A stretch of DNA of 64,000 nt from Kiritimatiellia bacterium (GCA_035353175.1 DAOPZC010000018.1:951-64950); one strand, 5' to 3'. Numbered from the stretch's first letter, positions 10,182 to 20,531 are shown. Program-made: numbers and translations. The notes: generated from the sequence alone by a model not told the origin.

Positions 10182-13100
10182 ATGAATCCGAAATTTTCTC
10201 GTTTGCTTTGGATCGTTGTCCCCTGTCTGCACGTCGCGGCCGATCTGGTGCCGCTGGCCGATGAGGTTGCGCTCAAACCGTGGAGCAAAAAGATCAACAC
10301 CTCCCTGTCGCGGGCTGAAGGCGGCGCGCTGACGATGGCGGTGCGCACCGGCGACTTTAACTTCGGCTGGTCGCAGTGCCCGCTTCCCGCCGGCGCCGTA
10401 CCGCCGCAGGCCGCGGGCGTTTACGGGCGGTTCCGCGCCGCGCCCGGCACCCGGGGCCAGCTTGCGCTGATGATGCTCCTGCTCAACGGCAAAGAGACGG
10501 ACTACTATGCGTGCAGCCAAGGGGCGCTTGCTGAGAGCGGTGGCGCGTGGATCGAGTTCTACGCGCCGCTGTCCGATTTCAGGCCAGACCGGAACGCCAA
10601 GGCACGGACGCTGAAAGCCGACATGATCCGAGCGGGTGACCGCCTTCAGCTGAATCTCAACAACGTGGTCGGTTCCAAGGCGGTCGCGGAGTTTGACCGG
10701 TTGCGCTTTATGGAAAAGGAAGAGGCCGAAACTATCGGCCGCGCGATCCGGCGCGCGTCCCTTGCCCGCACGCTGTTGCCGGATGCGCAATGCGCGGGTG
10801 CGCCGCATCCCCGTTTGTTGCTCAATCCCGCCCGGCTGCAACGCGTCCGCGCCAAAGCCGCGGCCGGCGGCGATGCGCAGGCGGCCTATGGTGCGCTGGT
10901 GAAGAAACACGCGGAAGGGTATTTGCGGAATTACAATGCCGCGGCCCCGCTTGACAAGGTCTTGAACTTCGAGCCGACAGGAGAGGTCAACGCCCATCAG
11001 CGCAGCGGACAGCTGGAGGGACGTCTGACATCGGCCGTGATCCCCATCGAGATTCTGGCGGCAGCCTATCAGATCACGGGCGACGAACGCTATGGCCGCC
11101 ACGCCGCGAAGGCCCTGGTGAACGCGGCCCGTGCGCTCGATGCCGACAATGCGGTGCTCAACAGCGGGTTTTATTATACCCGCACCTTCTATGTGCGCGC
11201 GCTGGCTTTCGGTTACGATTGGCTCTGGCCGCTGCTTACGCCCGAAGAGCGCCGTGACGTGAAGACCACGTTGCTCGGTTTCGTGCTCCAGATCCATGCC
11301 GACAGTTGGACTGCGGGTTGGGGCCGCCGCCCGCTCCACCGCGTGTGGAACTGGAATCCGGGGCTGGTGAGCTGCGCGGGCTTGGGGATGTTAGCCTTGG
11401 AGGGTGAGACGACAGCTGCCGAGAAAGCGGTTCTTTTCGATCTGCGCAGACACTTGCGCGATTATCTCACGCTGGGTATCGACGCCGACGGCGCGTGCCA
11501 CGAAGGCCCCAACTATATCGCCTACGGGATCGGAGCGGGTCCCGAATTCGCCGAATGCCTGCGTGAGCAGGGGCGCGGCGATCTCTTCACGGAGACCAAC
11601 TGGAAACTGATCCCGCCCTGGCTGGCGGCGGAGATGTTGCCGGATCACCGGCGCTGGAATAACCTCTCGGATTGCGGTCATGGCCAAGGCCCGTCTCCCG
11701 TCTACAGTTACACGTGCGGCCGTTTGTCCGAGTTGTCACGATCCGCGGCCGCCGTGCCGGGAGAGCGCCTGTCGCCCTCGGAAACCCTGCTGGCATCCAA
11801 AGACTTCCTTTGGCAATTCGCGGAAACGCCCGGCCCGCGCTTGCTCAGTTACCCCGCGTTGGCGTCGCTGATGGGATGGGTGTGGGAGGAGGGCCTTGGC
11901 CGGCGGATCGCGTCTTCCAGCGCGCCGTCCGTGTTGGCGTATCTGCTTTTCCACGAGCCGTGTCCGGTGGCGAAAGATCCGGCGGCACTCCTGCCCGACG
12001 CACTGCATTTCCGGGGGCGGGGGTTGGCGGTTTCGCGGACGGGATATGGCTCAAACGACTTGCATTTCGCGGTGGAAGCCGGGCCGCATGCGGCGGGCCA
12101 CGATCAGGCGGACAAAGGATCCTTCACCCTATACGGGTACGGGGCCGATCTCGCGATCGACAGCGGCTACGGCAACGACGGCGAAGCGCTGAAGAGCGGC
12201 AGCAGTCACGCCCATAACATGGTGCTCATCAACGGAGAGGGCCAGCCGATGAACTGGCATAACCAGAGCAGCGGCCACATCAGCGGCTATCTCCATGGCA
12301 GCCTGCTGGACTGGGTGCGCGTCGATGCCCGCGAGGCGTGGGCTGTCCGTTACGACGGCGAGTGGCGGCCACAGCCCGCAGCCGAACCGTTGGACAAGGC
12401 GTTGCGCCACTTCCTCTTTGTGCGCGGTCACGGTACGGTTCCACCCTATCTCGTGGTGATGGACGATATCCGCAAGGACGGCAAGCCGGCGGATTACACG
12501 TGGCTCTGGCACATCCCAGCGGGCATGCGTTTCAAGGCGGCCGCGGGTTCTTGGTCTGCCGTTCCCATGCAGCTCTCGGGATCCGTTCTTACGACGGCGT
12601 CGGGCCATCCTCAGGGCGGTGCGCGTTTCACCTTTACGGTGCCTGCTGAGGGCCGTTATCTGCTTGCGGGCCTGACCCGCGCGGGTGGCGAGGACGAGGG
12701 CAAGTCCGACAGTTTCTTTGTGGGCATCAATGGCGGTAAACGCGCGACGTGGAATCTGCAAAGCGGAAAGAACTTCGGCTGGGAAGTCTTTGTGCCGGGT
12801 GAGGCGGGCATGACGAATCTTTTGGCGCTCAAGGCGGGCGAGACCGTGCGCGTCGAGCTCGCCGCGCGGGAAGCCGAGGCGCAGCTCAGCAAGCTGGCCT
12901 TGATTCTGGCGGGAACGGACGTGACGCTTGCGCCGGACGGACAACCCGCGGGCGGCGTGACCCTCACGGCGGACGAGGCCGAATTAATGGATCCGCCGCT
13001 GTTGCGGCAACCCATCCAGAGGATGGTTCAGCGCGATGTGCGGCTGACGGTCTTTCCGGTCACCACCGATGCGCGTCTGTTTACGAACCAATGGTTCGCG

Positions 13101-13475
13101 ACCTCGCGCGAAGGGATGCATCCGCGCTTGGCGCATACGGTCAACGCCGTCGAACCGCGTTTCCTGATGGTATTGGTGCCCGGTACAGGTGCAACACCGC
13201 TGCCGCAGGTGCGGCGTCTCGCGATGGACAAGGGTGTCGGTGCGGAAATCGTTTGGGACGGCGTGACGGATCAGGTCCTCTTCGGCTCAGGCGAGATGTG
13301 CCGGGCCGCCGATATGGCGAGCGACGGCCATGCCGCGTTCATTCGCCGCGAAGAGGGGAAGGTGACGCACGGGGTGTTGTTGGACGGCACCACACTCACG
13401 GTAGACGATGTGGAGCGCGTTAAGAAATCGGGCTCGCGTGTGGCAACGGATTTCCAAACCGACAAGGCGCGGTGA
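10182..13475 (+). CDS. Heparinase II/III-family polysaccharide lyase-like protein with C-terminal beta-sandwich domains
   Basis: N-terminal hydrophobic signal. Alpha-toroid region. HAAGHDQADKGSFTLYGYGADLAIDSGYG...HAHNMVLINGEGQ matches the heparinase II/III C-terminal signature. 1097 aa. Confidence 0.65.
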   Translation: MNPKFSRLLWIVVPCLHVAADLVPLADEVALKPWSKKINTSLSRAEGGALTMAVRTGDFNFGWSQCPLPAGAVPPQAAGVYGRFRAAPGTRGQLALMMLLLNGKETDYYACSQGALAESGGAWIEFYAPLSDFRPDRNAKARTLKADMIRAGDRLQLNLNNVVGSKAVAEFDRLRFMEKEEAETIGRAIRRASLARTLLPDAQCAGAPHPRLLLNPARLQRVRAKAAAGGDAQAAYGALVKKHAEGYLRNYNAAAPLDKVLNFEPTGEVNAHQRSGQLEGRLTSAVIPIEILAAAYQITGDERYGRHAAKALVNAARALDADNAVLNSGFYYTRTFYVRALAFGYDWLWPLLTPEERRDVKTTLLGFVLQIHADSWTAGWGRRPLHRVWNWNPGLVSCAGLGMLALEGETTAAEKAVLFDLRRHLRDYLTLGIDADGACHEGPNYIAYGIGAGPEFAECLREQGRGDLFTETNWKLIPPWLAAEMLPDHRRWNNLSDCGHGQGPSPVYSYTCGRLSELSRSAAAVPGERLSPSETLLASKDFLWQFAETPGPRLLSYPALASLMGWVWEEGLGRRIASSSAPSVLAYLLFHEPCPVAKDPAALLPDALHFRGRGLAVSRTGYGSNDLHFAVEAGPHAAGHDQADKGSFTLYGYGADLAIDSGYGNDGEALKSGSSHAHNMVLINGEGQPMNWHNQSSGHISGYLHGSLLDWVRVDAREAWAVRYDGEWRPQPAAEPLDKALRHFLFVRGHGTVPPYLVVMDDIRKDGKPADYTWLWHIPAGMRFKAAAGSWSAVPMQLSGSVLTTASGHPQGGARFTFTVPAEGRYLLAGLTRAGGEDEGKSDSFFVGINGGKRATWNLQSGKNFGWEVFVPGEAGMTNLLALKAGETVRVELAAREAEAQLSKLALILAGTDVTLAPDGQPAGGVTLTADEAELMDPPLLRQPIQRMVQRDVRLTVFPVTTDARLFTNQWFATSREGMHPRLAHTVNAVEPRFLMVLVPGTGATPLPQVRRLAMDKGVGAEIVWDGVTDQVLFGSGEMCRAADMASDGHAAFIRREEGKVTHGVLLDGTTLTVDDVERVKKSGSRVATDFQTDKAR

Positions 13476-13606
13476 CCGAGCCTTCAAGAAAGTCGCGATG
13501 GGTATGATGAACGGTATTGACACGGCGTACAAACCAAGCGGTCTTTTTATCAGCGCCGTGCCCGTCTTCGCCACGTAGGTTTGTCCGGCGCGCGCATCTC
13601 GCGGCT

Positions 13607-16600
13607 TCAGGTGCGGGCCGGTACGGAGCGGCGTTTCCACTTCCACTCCTCGACTGCGCAGAAAACGCAGGGTACGATGAACAGGGTGATCAGACTGACC
13701 GCCATGCCGCCGACGGACGGGATCGCCATGGGTTTCATGACGTCCGAGCCGCGGCCGGTGGCCCAGAAGATGGGCATCAGGCCGAAGACCGTGGTCGCGG
13801 TGGTCATCAGGCAGGGACGGATGCGCTTGAGCCCGGCGTCGATGGTGGCGGCGCGTATTTCGGCAACCGACGCGAACGTGCGGTCTTTGAAGACGCCCTC
13901 CAGATAGGTGGCGACGATCACGCCGTCGTCGTCCACGACGCCGAAGAGGACCAGAAAGCCGACCCACACCGCGACCGACAGGTTCACCCCCCAAAGGGCG
14001 AGCATGATGAAGCCGCCGCTGGCTGAGACCAGCACGCCGAAAAAGATCACGGGGGCGAACCACCAGCGGGTGAAGCCGAGGTAGAGCATCACGAACATGA
14101 TGGCCAGCGTGACGGGCACGAGAATCCGCATGCGGGCCATGGCCCGGACTTGGTTCTCGAATTGGCCGGACCACTCCCAGTAGTAGCCCGCGGGCAGTTG
14201 CAGCCGCCCGTCCTTCAGAGCCTGACGGAGGTGGGCCTCCGCGTCGTTGACGACGGACACCTCGTCGCGGTCGCGGGTGTTCATGGTGACGTAGCCGACC
14301 AGGAGTCCGCGCTCGCCTTTGATCTCCTGCGGCCCCAGCACGGTCGTAATGTCGGCGAGCTGGGCGAGGGGCACCTGCGCTCCCGATGAGGTGGGGACAT
14401 TGATCCGCTGGATGGCTTCGGCGTCCTCGCGGAAATCGCGGGCCAGGCGGATGCGGATGGGGTAGCGTTCGCGTCCCTCGACCGACTCCGTGAGGTTCAT
14501 GCCGCCCAAAGCCATTTCGATGACATCCTGCACGTCGCGGATGTTGACGCCGTAGCGCCCGATGCGGTCGCGGTCGATCTCGATCTGGATGTAGGGCTTG
14601 CCGACGATGCGGTCCGCGACGATGTCGGTTGCGCCGGGAACCTCGTGCAGGAGCTGTTCGATCCTCAGGCCGATCCGCTCGATCTCGCGCAGGTTCGAGC
14701 CGTAGATCTTGACTCCCATCATGGCGCGGAAACCGGTCTGAAGCATGATCAGGCGCGTCTGGATGGGCTGGAGGAACGTGGGCAGCACGCCGGGGATGGC
14801 GGTCTTCTCCTGAAGCTCTGTCAGGATCTCATTTTTGGTGATGCGCCTTGTCTCGGGCCAAACCCGCGAAAGCGGCTTCCTGACGACGTCGGGCCAATCG
14901 GAGAAAAACCGTTTGACGCTGCGCGTCCGCCACTCGTCCTCGGGCTTGAGGATGATGATGCTCTCCATCATGCCGATCGGGGCGGGGTCGAGCGCCGATT
15001 CGGCGCGTCCGACCTTGCCCACCACGGATTCGACCTCCGGAACGCTTGCGATGGCCCGGTCCTGGGTGCTGTTGACCTGGATCGCCTGCGAGAGGGAACC
15101 CTGCGGCAGCAGCGAGGGCATGTAGAGGAACGAGCCTTCGTCCAAGGGCGGGAAAAACTCCCGGCCCAGGCCGGGGAGGATGTGCTTTTCGCGGATGACG
15201 GTTGTCCCCGCTGCGGTTTCGTCGGCTTGCTCTTTCGGGTCGGGCCGGCGCCAGCGGACACGGGTCTGCTCGCTGCCGTCTTTGTGCCGCAGGCGTTCCC
15301 AGCGGAGGTGGGCGAACTCGGCGAGCGGGCGAGTGATGGCGGCGTCAGGAGGCGCGTACATGAGCCGCTTGAGTTCGGCCGAAGCGGGTTCGCGGGCGAA
15401 GATGTTGATGAGGGCCTCGACCGGATAGAGGGTTTTCCCCAGGCCCAGCCAGACACTCAGACCGGCAAAGAGCAGGAGGCACGGAAGGACGAGAAATGTT
15501 TTCTTGTGTGCGAGGACCCAGCCCAGCGCCGGGACGTAGCATCTGGCGATCAGGCGCGAGACACGGTTTTCCTCCAGCGGCTGAAAGCGCTCACGGGCCA
15601 TGCGGAGCACGCAGAGGGCGACGCCCACGCCGGCGGCGCCGGAGATCAGCCAGCCTTCGCCGGCCCCCTTGGCGAGGCCCCAGATGAACGCGAGATGCGT
15701 GACGAACGCCACGGACGCTCCGATGGAAACGGTCATCAGGGCGACGATGCCGTTACGCCACTTGACCGGCCGGAAGAGCAAGTAACAGAGAAACGGCACC
15801 ACCGTGACCGCCAACACCACGGAGGAGCCGATGGCGAAAGTCTTGGTGAAGGCCAGGGGCTGGAAGAGCTTGCCCTCCTGGTCCGTCAGGAAAAAGACCG
15901 GGATGAACGACACGATGGTGTTAGAGACCGCTGTGATGATCGCTCCTCCGACCTCGGTCGCGCCCTCGTAGATGAGCCCGAAGTGGCCTTTCTCGCGCTT
16001 CTCCTCATCGGTCGCGGCGGCGATGCGGCGGTAGATGTTTTCGGACATGATGATGCCCATGTCGGCCACGTCGCCGATGGCGATGGCGAGTCCGGCCAGC
16101 GACATGATGTTGCTGTCGATGCCGAAGAGGTACATCAGGATGAAGGTGAGCGCCACCGCCAGCGGAAGCGTGGCCAGCACCGTCGCCGTGGTCCGGAGGT
16201 GGAGCAGGAAAAAGAGGATGACGATGCTCGCGAGCAGGACCTCCTCGCTCAACGCCTCCTGAAGCGTGGCGATGGTTTCGTTGACGATCGTGGTTCGGTC
16301 ATAGAACGGGACGATGCTGACTTTAGAGGTCCGGCCGTTGGCGAGCTTCTTGGAGGGCAGACCCGATTCCAGTTGGGCGAGTTTGGCTTGCACCCGCCGC
16401 ATCACCGCACGGGGGTTCTCGCCGTAACGCATGAGCACAACGCCGCCGACGGTCTCCACGCCGCCTTTGTCCAGCGAGCCGCGCCGGAAGTCGGGGCCCA
16501 TCTGAACGGTGGCGACATTGCGCACGGTGATCGGCGTCCCGCCCTCTTGGCGGATGACGATCCGCTCGAGATCCTCGACGGTCTTGATGAACCCCACACC

Positions 16601-17290
16601 GCGGATGAAGGATTCGATGCCGTTGTTCTCGACCACCTTTGCTCCGACGTCGATGTTGCTCTTGCTGACGGCCTCGTAGACGTCCATCAGTGTGACGCGG
16701 TGCGCACGGAGTTTGTCCGGGTGGATGTCGATCTGGTACTGCTTGACGAAGCCGCCGATGCTCGCGACCTCGCTCACGCCCTCGACGGCGTTGAGCTGAT
16801 AGCGCACGTACCAGTCCTGGATCGAGCGCAGTTCGGCCAGGTCGAAGCCTTCACCCTCGACCGTGTACCAGTAGACCTGGCCGAGCGCGGTGGCGTCGGG
16901 GCCGAGCACCGGCGTGACGCCGGACGGCAGCCGCTGCTGGGCCACGTTCATGCGTTCGAGCACGCGCGAGCGGGCCCAGTAATAATCGACTTCGTCCTTG
17001 AAGATGACGAAGACCATCGAGAAGCCGAAGCCCGACATCGAGCGGATCGTTTTCACGCCGGGGGTGCCCGTCAGACTCGTCGTGAGCGGGAACGTGACTT
17101 GGTCGTCCACGTCTTGCGGGCTGCGGCCGGGCCAGTCGGCATACACGATGACCTGCTTATCGCCGATGTCCGGAATAGCGTCCACCGGCGTGTTGACGAC
17201 GGCGAAGTAACCGGCCGCGCACAGGCCGACGACGATGAGCCCCATCAGAAACGGGTTCTTCAGGCACCAACGGATAAGCGCATTGACCAT
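13607..17290 (-). CDS. cusA: Heavy-metal efflux RND transporter, CusA/CzcA family (extended, 1227 aa)
   Basis: Twelve-TM RND architecture. Strong similarity pattern to HME-RND pumps (GKPYIQIEIDRDRIGRYG, VVDDDGVIVATY...). GGAGG RBS. An insertion of roughly 180 aa relative to the typical ~1040 aa. Confidence 0.85.
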   Translation of the reverse strand: MVNALIRWCLKNPFLMGLIVVGLCAAGYFAVVNTPVDAIPDIGDKQVIVYADWPGRSPQDVDDQVTFPLTTSLTGTPGVKTIRSMSGFGFSMVFVIFKDEVDYYWARSRVLERMNVAQQRLPSGVTPVLGPDATALGQVYWYTVEGEGFDLAELRSIQDWYVRYQLNAVEGVSEVASIGGFVKQYQIDIHPDKLRAHRVTLMDVYEAVSKSNIDVGAKVVENNGIESFIRGVGFIKTVEDLERIVIRQEGGTPITVRNVATVQMGPDFRRGSLDKGGVETVGGVVLMRYGENPRAVMRRVQAKLAQLESGLPSKKLANGRTSKVSIVPFYDRTTIVNETIATLQEALSEEVLLASIVILFFLLHLRTTATVLATLPLAVALTFILMYLFGIDSNIMSLAGLAIAIGDVADMGIIMSENIYRRIAAATDEEKREKGHFGLIYEGATEVGGAIITAVSNTIVSFIPVFFLTDQEGKLFQPLAFTKTFAIGSSVVLAVTVVPFLCYLLFRPVKWRNGIVALMTVSIGASVAFVTHLAFIWGLAKGAGEGWLISGAAGVGVALCVLRMARERFQPLEENRVSRLIARCYVPALGWVLAHKKTFLVLPCLLLFAGLSVWLGLGKTLYPVEALINIFAREPASAELKRLMYAPPDAAITRPLAEFAHLRWERLRHKDGSEQTRVRWRRPDPKEQADETAAGTTVIREKHILPGLGREFFPPLDEGSFLYMPSLLPQGSLSQAIQVNSTQDRAIASVPEVESVVGKVGRAESALDPAPIGMMESIIILKPEDEWRTRSVKRFFSDWPDVVRKPLSRVWPETRRITKNEILTELQEKTAIPGVLPTFLQPIQTRLIMLQTGFRAMMGVKIYGSNLREIERIGLRIEQLLHEVPGATDIVADRIVGKPYIQIEIDRDRIGRYGVNIRDVQDVIEMALGGMNLTESVEGRERYPIRIRLARDFREDAEAIQRINVPTSSGAQVPLAQLADITTVLGPQEIKGERGLLVGYVTMNTRDRDEVSVVNDAEAHLRQALKDGRLQLPAGYYWEWSGQFENQVRAMARMRILVPVTLAIMFVMLYLGFTRWWFAPVIFFGVLVSASGGFIMLALWGVNLSVAVWVGFLVLFGVVDDDGVIVATYLEGVFKDRTFASVAEIRAATIDAGLKRIRPCLMTTATTVFGLMPIFWATGRGSDVMKPMAIPSVGGMAVSLITLFIVPCVFCAVEEWKWKRRSVPART

Positions 17291-17305
17291 ATCGGCGGAC
17301 CTCCG

Positions 17306-18922
17306 TTAGTGCTTGTGTTGCGCTGGCGCAACGGGCTTTTCGGGTGCGGGGACTGCGACCGTACCGTCTGCCGGCTTTTCAGCGTGCGGGTGTGAGGGCG
17401 AGTCGCCCATCAGTCCTCCGGGATAGAACAGACTCGGATGCCCCGTGACTTGGAACTGGCTGTCGATCAGGAACCCGCCGCGGGTCACAACGCGCTCGCC
17501 CTCGTCCAGGCCCTTGAGCACCAGAAGGCACTCGCCGGTGCGAGGACCCAGGACAACGTCGCGCGGCTCAAAGAGCCCCTGAGATTTTTCGACATACACG
17601 ATCTTCCGGGTTCCGCTGTCCAGCACCGCGCTGACCGGCACGGCAAGCGGCGCCGTTCCTGCGGGGCCGGCTGCCGGCTGGGGCTTGAGCTTCATGTTGC
17701 AGACCGGACAGCTGCCGGGCTTGTCATACGTCTTTGGGCCCTCACACTTCATGGGGCAGGCGTATTGCATGGCGCTGGGGGCGTTCGTCGGTGCTGCGGG
17801 CGCCGCGACTGCCGTTGCGCCGGGGATCAGCGTCAGAGGCATGTCGCACAGCGGGCAAGCGCCCGCGAGGTCCTTCAGCACTTGCGGGTGCATGGGGCAG
17901 GAGAACTTGCCCTCGACGCCGGTGGCGGCAGCCTTGCCGTCGACCGCCAAAACCGATCGGATGACCGCGCTCACGAACATGCCGGGCTTGAGCGCATGGT
18001 CGCTGTTTCCGACATGGACCGGGACCCGGATGGTGCGGGTCTCCTCGTTAACAATCGGCTGCACAAACGTGACCCGCCCTTCAAAGGTCCTTCCGGGCAG
18101 AGCCTCGGCGGTCAGGTCCACCCGCTGACCGTAGCGCACCCAGGCGAGGTCATACTCGTAGATGTCCAGATAGACCCAGACGGTGTCGAGGTTTGCGACG
18201 CGGTAGAGCGCGTCACCGGCTTTAAAGGCGCTGTTCTGGACGATGGTTTTCTCGATGACGGTGCCCTGTATGGGCGAGTAGAGCGTGACGCGCTCGGCGA
18301 TCTTCTTGTGTTCGACCAGCGAGGTGATCTGGGCCTCTGTGAGCCCCCAGCGCCGCAGTTTGAGCTTGGACATCTCCGCCAGAGGGCCGGCCTGTCCGCC
18401 CGTGCCGCTTTGGAGGGCGATGAGCAACTCCTGTTGGGCGACAAGCAGTTCCGGACTGTAGACCTCCGCGAGATGGTCCCCGGCCTTGATGTCGACGCCC
18501 GTGAAATCGACGAAGAGCCGCTCGGCGTAACCGTCGACACGGGCGGTGATCGTCGCGAGGGCCGACTCGTTGTATTGGATTTTGCCGACCGCGCGCAGTT
18601 CGCGGGAAAGCTCTTTGCGGGCGACCGGCGTGGTCTCCACGTGGGCCATGGCCAGCGCGTGCTCGGAAAGCTGCAGCTGGGGTGCCCCGCCGGAGCCGGT
18701 CTGCGCCGAAGCCGCCGGGATGAGGGGCATTTCGCAGATGGGGCAGTTACCGGCCTGCGCCAGCCGGATTTGCGGGTGCATGGAGCAGGTCCAGACTTGA
18801 GTGGCGGCGGGGGTCTCGGCAGCTGTCGACGCTTTGGGTGTTTGCCGCGACAGACAACCTCGGCCTATGAATACTCCCAAGAGCAATCCGACAGAGACCG
18901 AAAGAATGATGCGTTTTTTCAT
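17306..18922 (-). CDS. cusB: Efflux RND periplasmic adaptor (CusB-like) carrying three CxxC heavy-metal-binding modules
   Basis: Membrane-fusion-protein core (beta-barrel/lipoyl segments). N-terminal CSMHPQIRLAQAGNCPICEMPL, plus C-terminal CPMHPQVLKDLAGACPLCDMPL and CPMKCEGPKTYDKPGSCPVCNMKL. Its start overlaps the upstream outer-membrane-factor stop (ATGA). Confidence 0.8.
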   Translation of the reverse strand: MKKRIILSVSVGLLLGVFIGRGCLSRQTPKASTAAETPAATQVWTCSMHPQIRLAQAGNCPICEMPLIPAASAQTGSGGAPQLQLSEHALAMAHVETTPVARKELSRELRAVGKIQYNESALATITARVDGYAERLFVDFTGVDIKAGDHLAEVYSPELLVAQQELLIALQSGTGGQAGPLAEMSKLKLRRWGLTEAQITSLVEHKKIAERVTLYSPIQGTVIEKTIVQNSAFKAGDALYRVANLDTVWVYLDIYEYDLAWVRYGQRVDLTAEALPGRTFEGRVTFVQPIVNEETRTIRVPVHVGNSDHALKPGMFVSAVIRSVLAVDGKAAATGVEGKFSCPMHPQVLKDLAGACPLCDMPLTLIPGATAVAAPAAPTNAPSAMQYACPMKCEGPKTYDKPGSCPVCNMKLKPQPAAGPAGTAPLAVPVSAVLDSGTRKIVYVEKSQGLFEPRDVVLGPRTGECLLVLKGLDEGERVVTRGGFLIDSQFQVTGHPSLFYPGGLMGDSPSHPHAEKPADGTVAVPAPEKPVAPAQHKH

Positions 18923-20205
18923 GGCTTAACCTTGTGTTCGTCAGGTGAGATGACGGTCAGGTCGATTCCAACGGCCCGCTCAAGACGCGCAGCCTGTATG
19001 CCCACCGTGCCCTCGCTCATGGCGGTCATCACTTTCGTGTTCAGCAAGAAGCGCTCGCTTTCGAGCAGGTCAAGAAAATCGACCTTCCCTTCTCGGTAAC
19101 CGGCTTCGCTGGTGCTGAAGCGGGCCTCCGCTTGGGGCACAAGTTCGGTTCGGTAGATGTGGAGCGTGCGTTGGGCGGTCAGCAACTTGAAGTGTGCGTC
19201 TTGCAGGTCGAAGGCGCTCTGGCGTTCTGCAGCCTCACGCGCCGACAGGCTCGACGCTTGCATCCGTTCAGCCTCACGCACGGCGGCCTTGTATTTCGAC
19301 TGCCAAATGGGCAACTCCACGCTGACGGTGAACATGAGCATATTGTCTTCAGACTGGATGTCGCGGTACTCCAGGCCGAGCTTGTAGTCCGGTAGGTATT
19401 CCTTTTCCATCAGCTTCTTTTCGAGCCCGTATCGGTCGATCTGCGTCTGCGCGGCGAGAACCTCTGGGCGGTTCCGCGCCGCCTCAGCAAAGAGCGCGGC
19501 GGCCTCGACCGGAACGCCGACCGCAGGGGGACGTGCGAGCGTCCCGAGGGGTTCGTCCGCTCTACGGTTGGACAGGGTGTTGAGCTTGGCCTTGACCGTG
19601 TTTTCTTGCGCACGCAATTCGAGCAATCGTTGCTTCAACATCGTGATTTCGGTTTGCGCCTTGATCAGGTCGGCCTGAGAACCGTTCCCGGAGGCATAAC
19701 GGGTCTCGGCAATCTTGGCCATGCGCCTGAGTACGGCTTCCTCTTCGTGCGTGACGGTGATGACCTGCTGGACGGCGTAGAGGTCATAGAAGCTCTCTTT
19801 GACCATCATCACGACATCACGCGTCATGGCTTCGAGCTCACGCCGCATGCCTTCGGCTTCTTTGGCCGCGATGCCTTCCCTCAGAGCACGTTTGCCGAAC
19901 CAGGGATACTCCTGCTGCACCATGATCCGTTTCTCGTTCGTGTCTGGCCAGTCACCGCCGTTTGCCATGTCCATGCCGCCATACGAAAGCATGGGGTTGG
20001 GCAAGGCTTTTGTCTGGGCGGGCCGCTCCAGCATGGCCTCCCACTTGGCGCGCAGGCTGGCCAGTTGAGGGTTGTCACTGACAGCCTGTCGGACGGCGGC
20101 TGTGAGGGTCACGTTGGTGTCCGCCGGGACTTCCAGGGGATATCCCGCGACAGCGCCCACGAGAAGCGCTGTGGCGCATGGTAATAGGAGCGGGCTGACT
20201 TTCAT
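18919..20205 (-). CDS. Outer membrane efflux protein (TolC/CusC-like outer membrane factor)
   Basis: MKVSPLLLPCATALLVGAVAG signal, then coiled/beta repeats typical of OMF proteins. Start moved to the internal ATG; the Arg-rich N-terminal extension in the track ORF (18919..20508) is implausible. Confidence 0.7.
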   Translation of the reverse strand: MKVSPLLLPCATALLVGAVAGYPLEVPADTNVTLTAAVRQAVSDNPQLASLRAKWEAMLERPAQTKALPNPMLSYGGMDMANGGDWPDTNEKRIMVQQEYPWFGKRALREGIAAKEAEGMRRELEAMTRDVVMMVKESFYDLYAVQQVITVTHEEEAVLRRMAKIAETRYASGNGSQADLIKAQTEITMLKQRLLELRAQENTVKAKLNTLSNRRADEPLGTLARPPAVGVPVEAAALFAEAARNRPEVLAAQTQIDRYGLEKKLMEKEYLPDYKLGLEYRDIQSEDNMLMFTVSVELPIWQSKYKAAVREAERMQASSLSAREAAERQSAFDLQDAHFKLLTAQRTLHIYRTELVPQAEARFSTSEAGYREGKVDFLDLLESERFLLNTKVMTAMSEGTVGIQAARLERAVGIDLTVISPDEHKVKP

Positions 20206-20216
20206 AAAACCAAATC

Positions 20217-20531
20217 CTATTTGTCTTTGGGCGGCTCGGCTTTGTCGAGGGTGACCCCTTCGGCTTCGAGCTGTTTCACGTATTTGGCCGGATCCTTTTT
20301 GATCTTGGCGATGCACCCGCCGCAGCAGACATAGATACGCTTGCCGTCGTAGTCGACGAACTGGGTCTTGTCGACCTCTCCGCCCATCACGGGGCATACG
20401 GTTTGCCGCTTGACCGGGGCGGCCGTAGCCTCCGTCGCGGTGCTCGCCGGGGCATTCGTGTCGGACGCTAATGCGGGGCTGATGGCTAACACCGTCAGCA
20501 TACCCCATAGAACCGATCTTTGAGCTTTCAT
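20217..20531 (-). CDS. Secreted YHS-domain metal-binding protein
   Basis: Signal peptide MKAQRSVLWGMLTVLAISPALA. CPVMGGEVD...YDGKRIYVCCGGCIAKIKKDPAKYV matches the YHS domain pattern. First gene of the cus-like operon. Confidence 0.6.
   Translation of the reverse strand: MKAQRSVLWGMLTVLAISPALASDTNAPASTATEATAAPVKRQTVCPVMGGEVDKTQFVDYDGKRIYVCCGGCIAKIKKDPAKYVKQLEAEGVTLDKAEPPKDK

Noticed and set aside
14645-17395. 916-aa plus-strand ORF antisense to cusA
   Set aside because: Low-complexity Asp/Arg/Gly-rich translation. The minus strand encodes a clear 12-TM RND pump.
18919-20508. N-terminal 101-aa extension of the outer-membrane-factor ORF
   Set aside because: Arg-rich extension; the internal ATG gives a canonical signal peptide, and the YHS gene starts just upstream.
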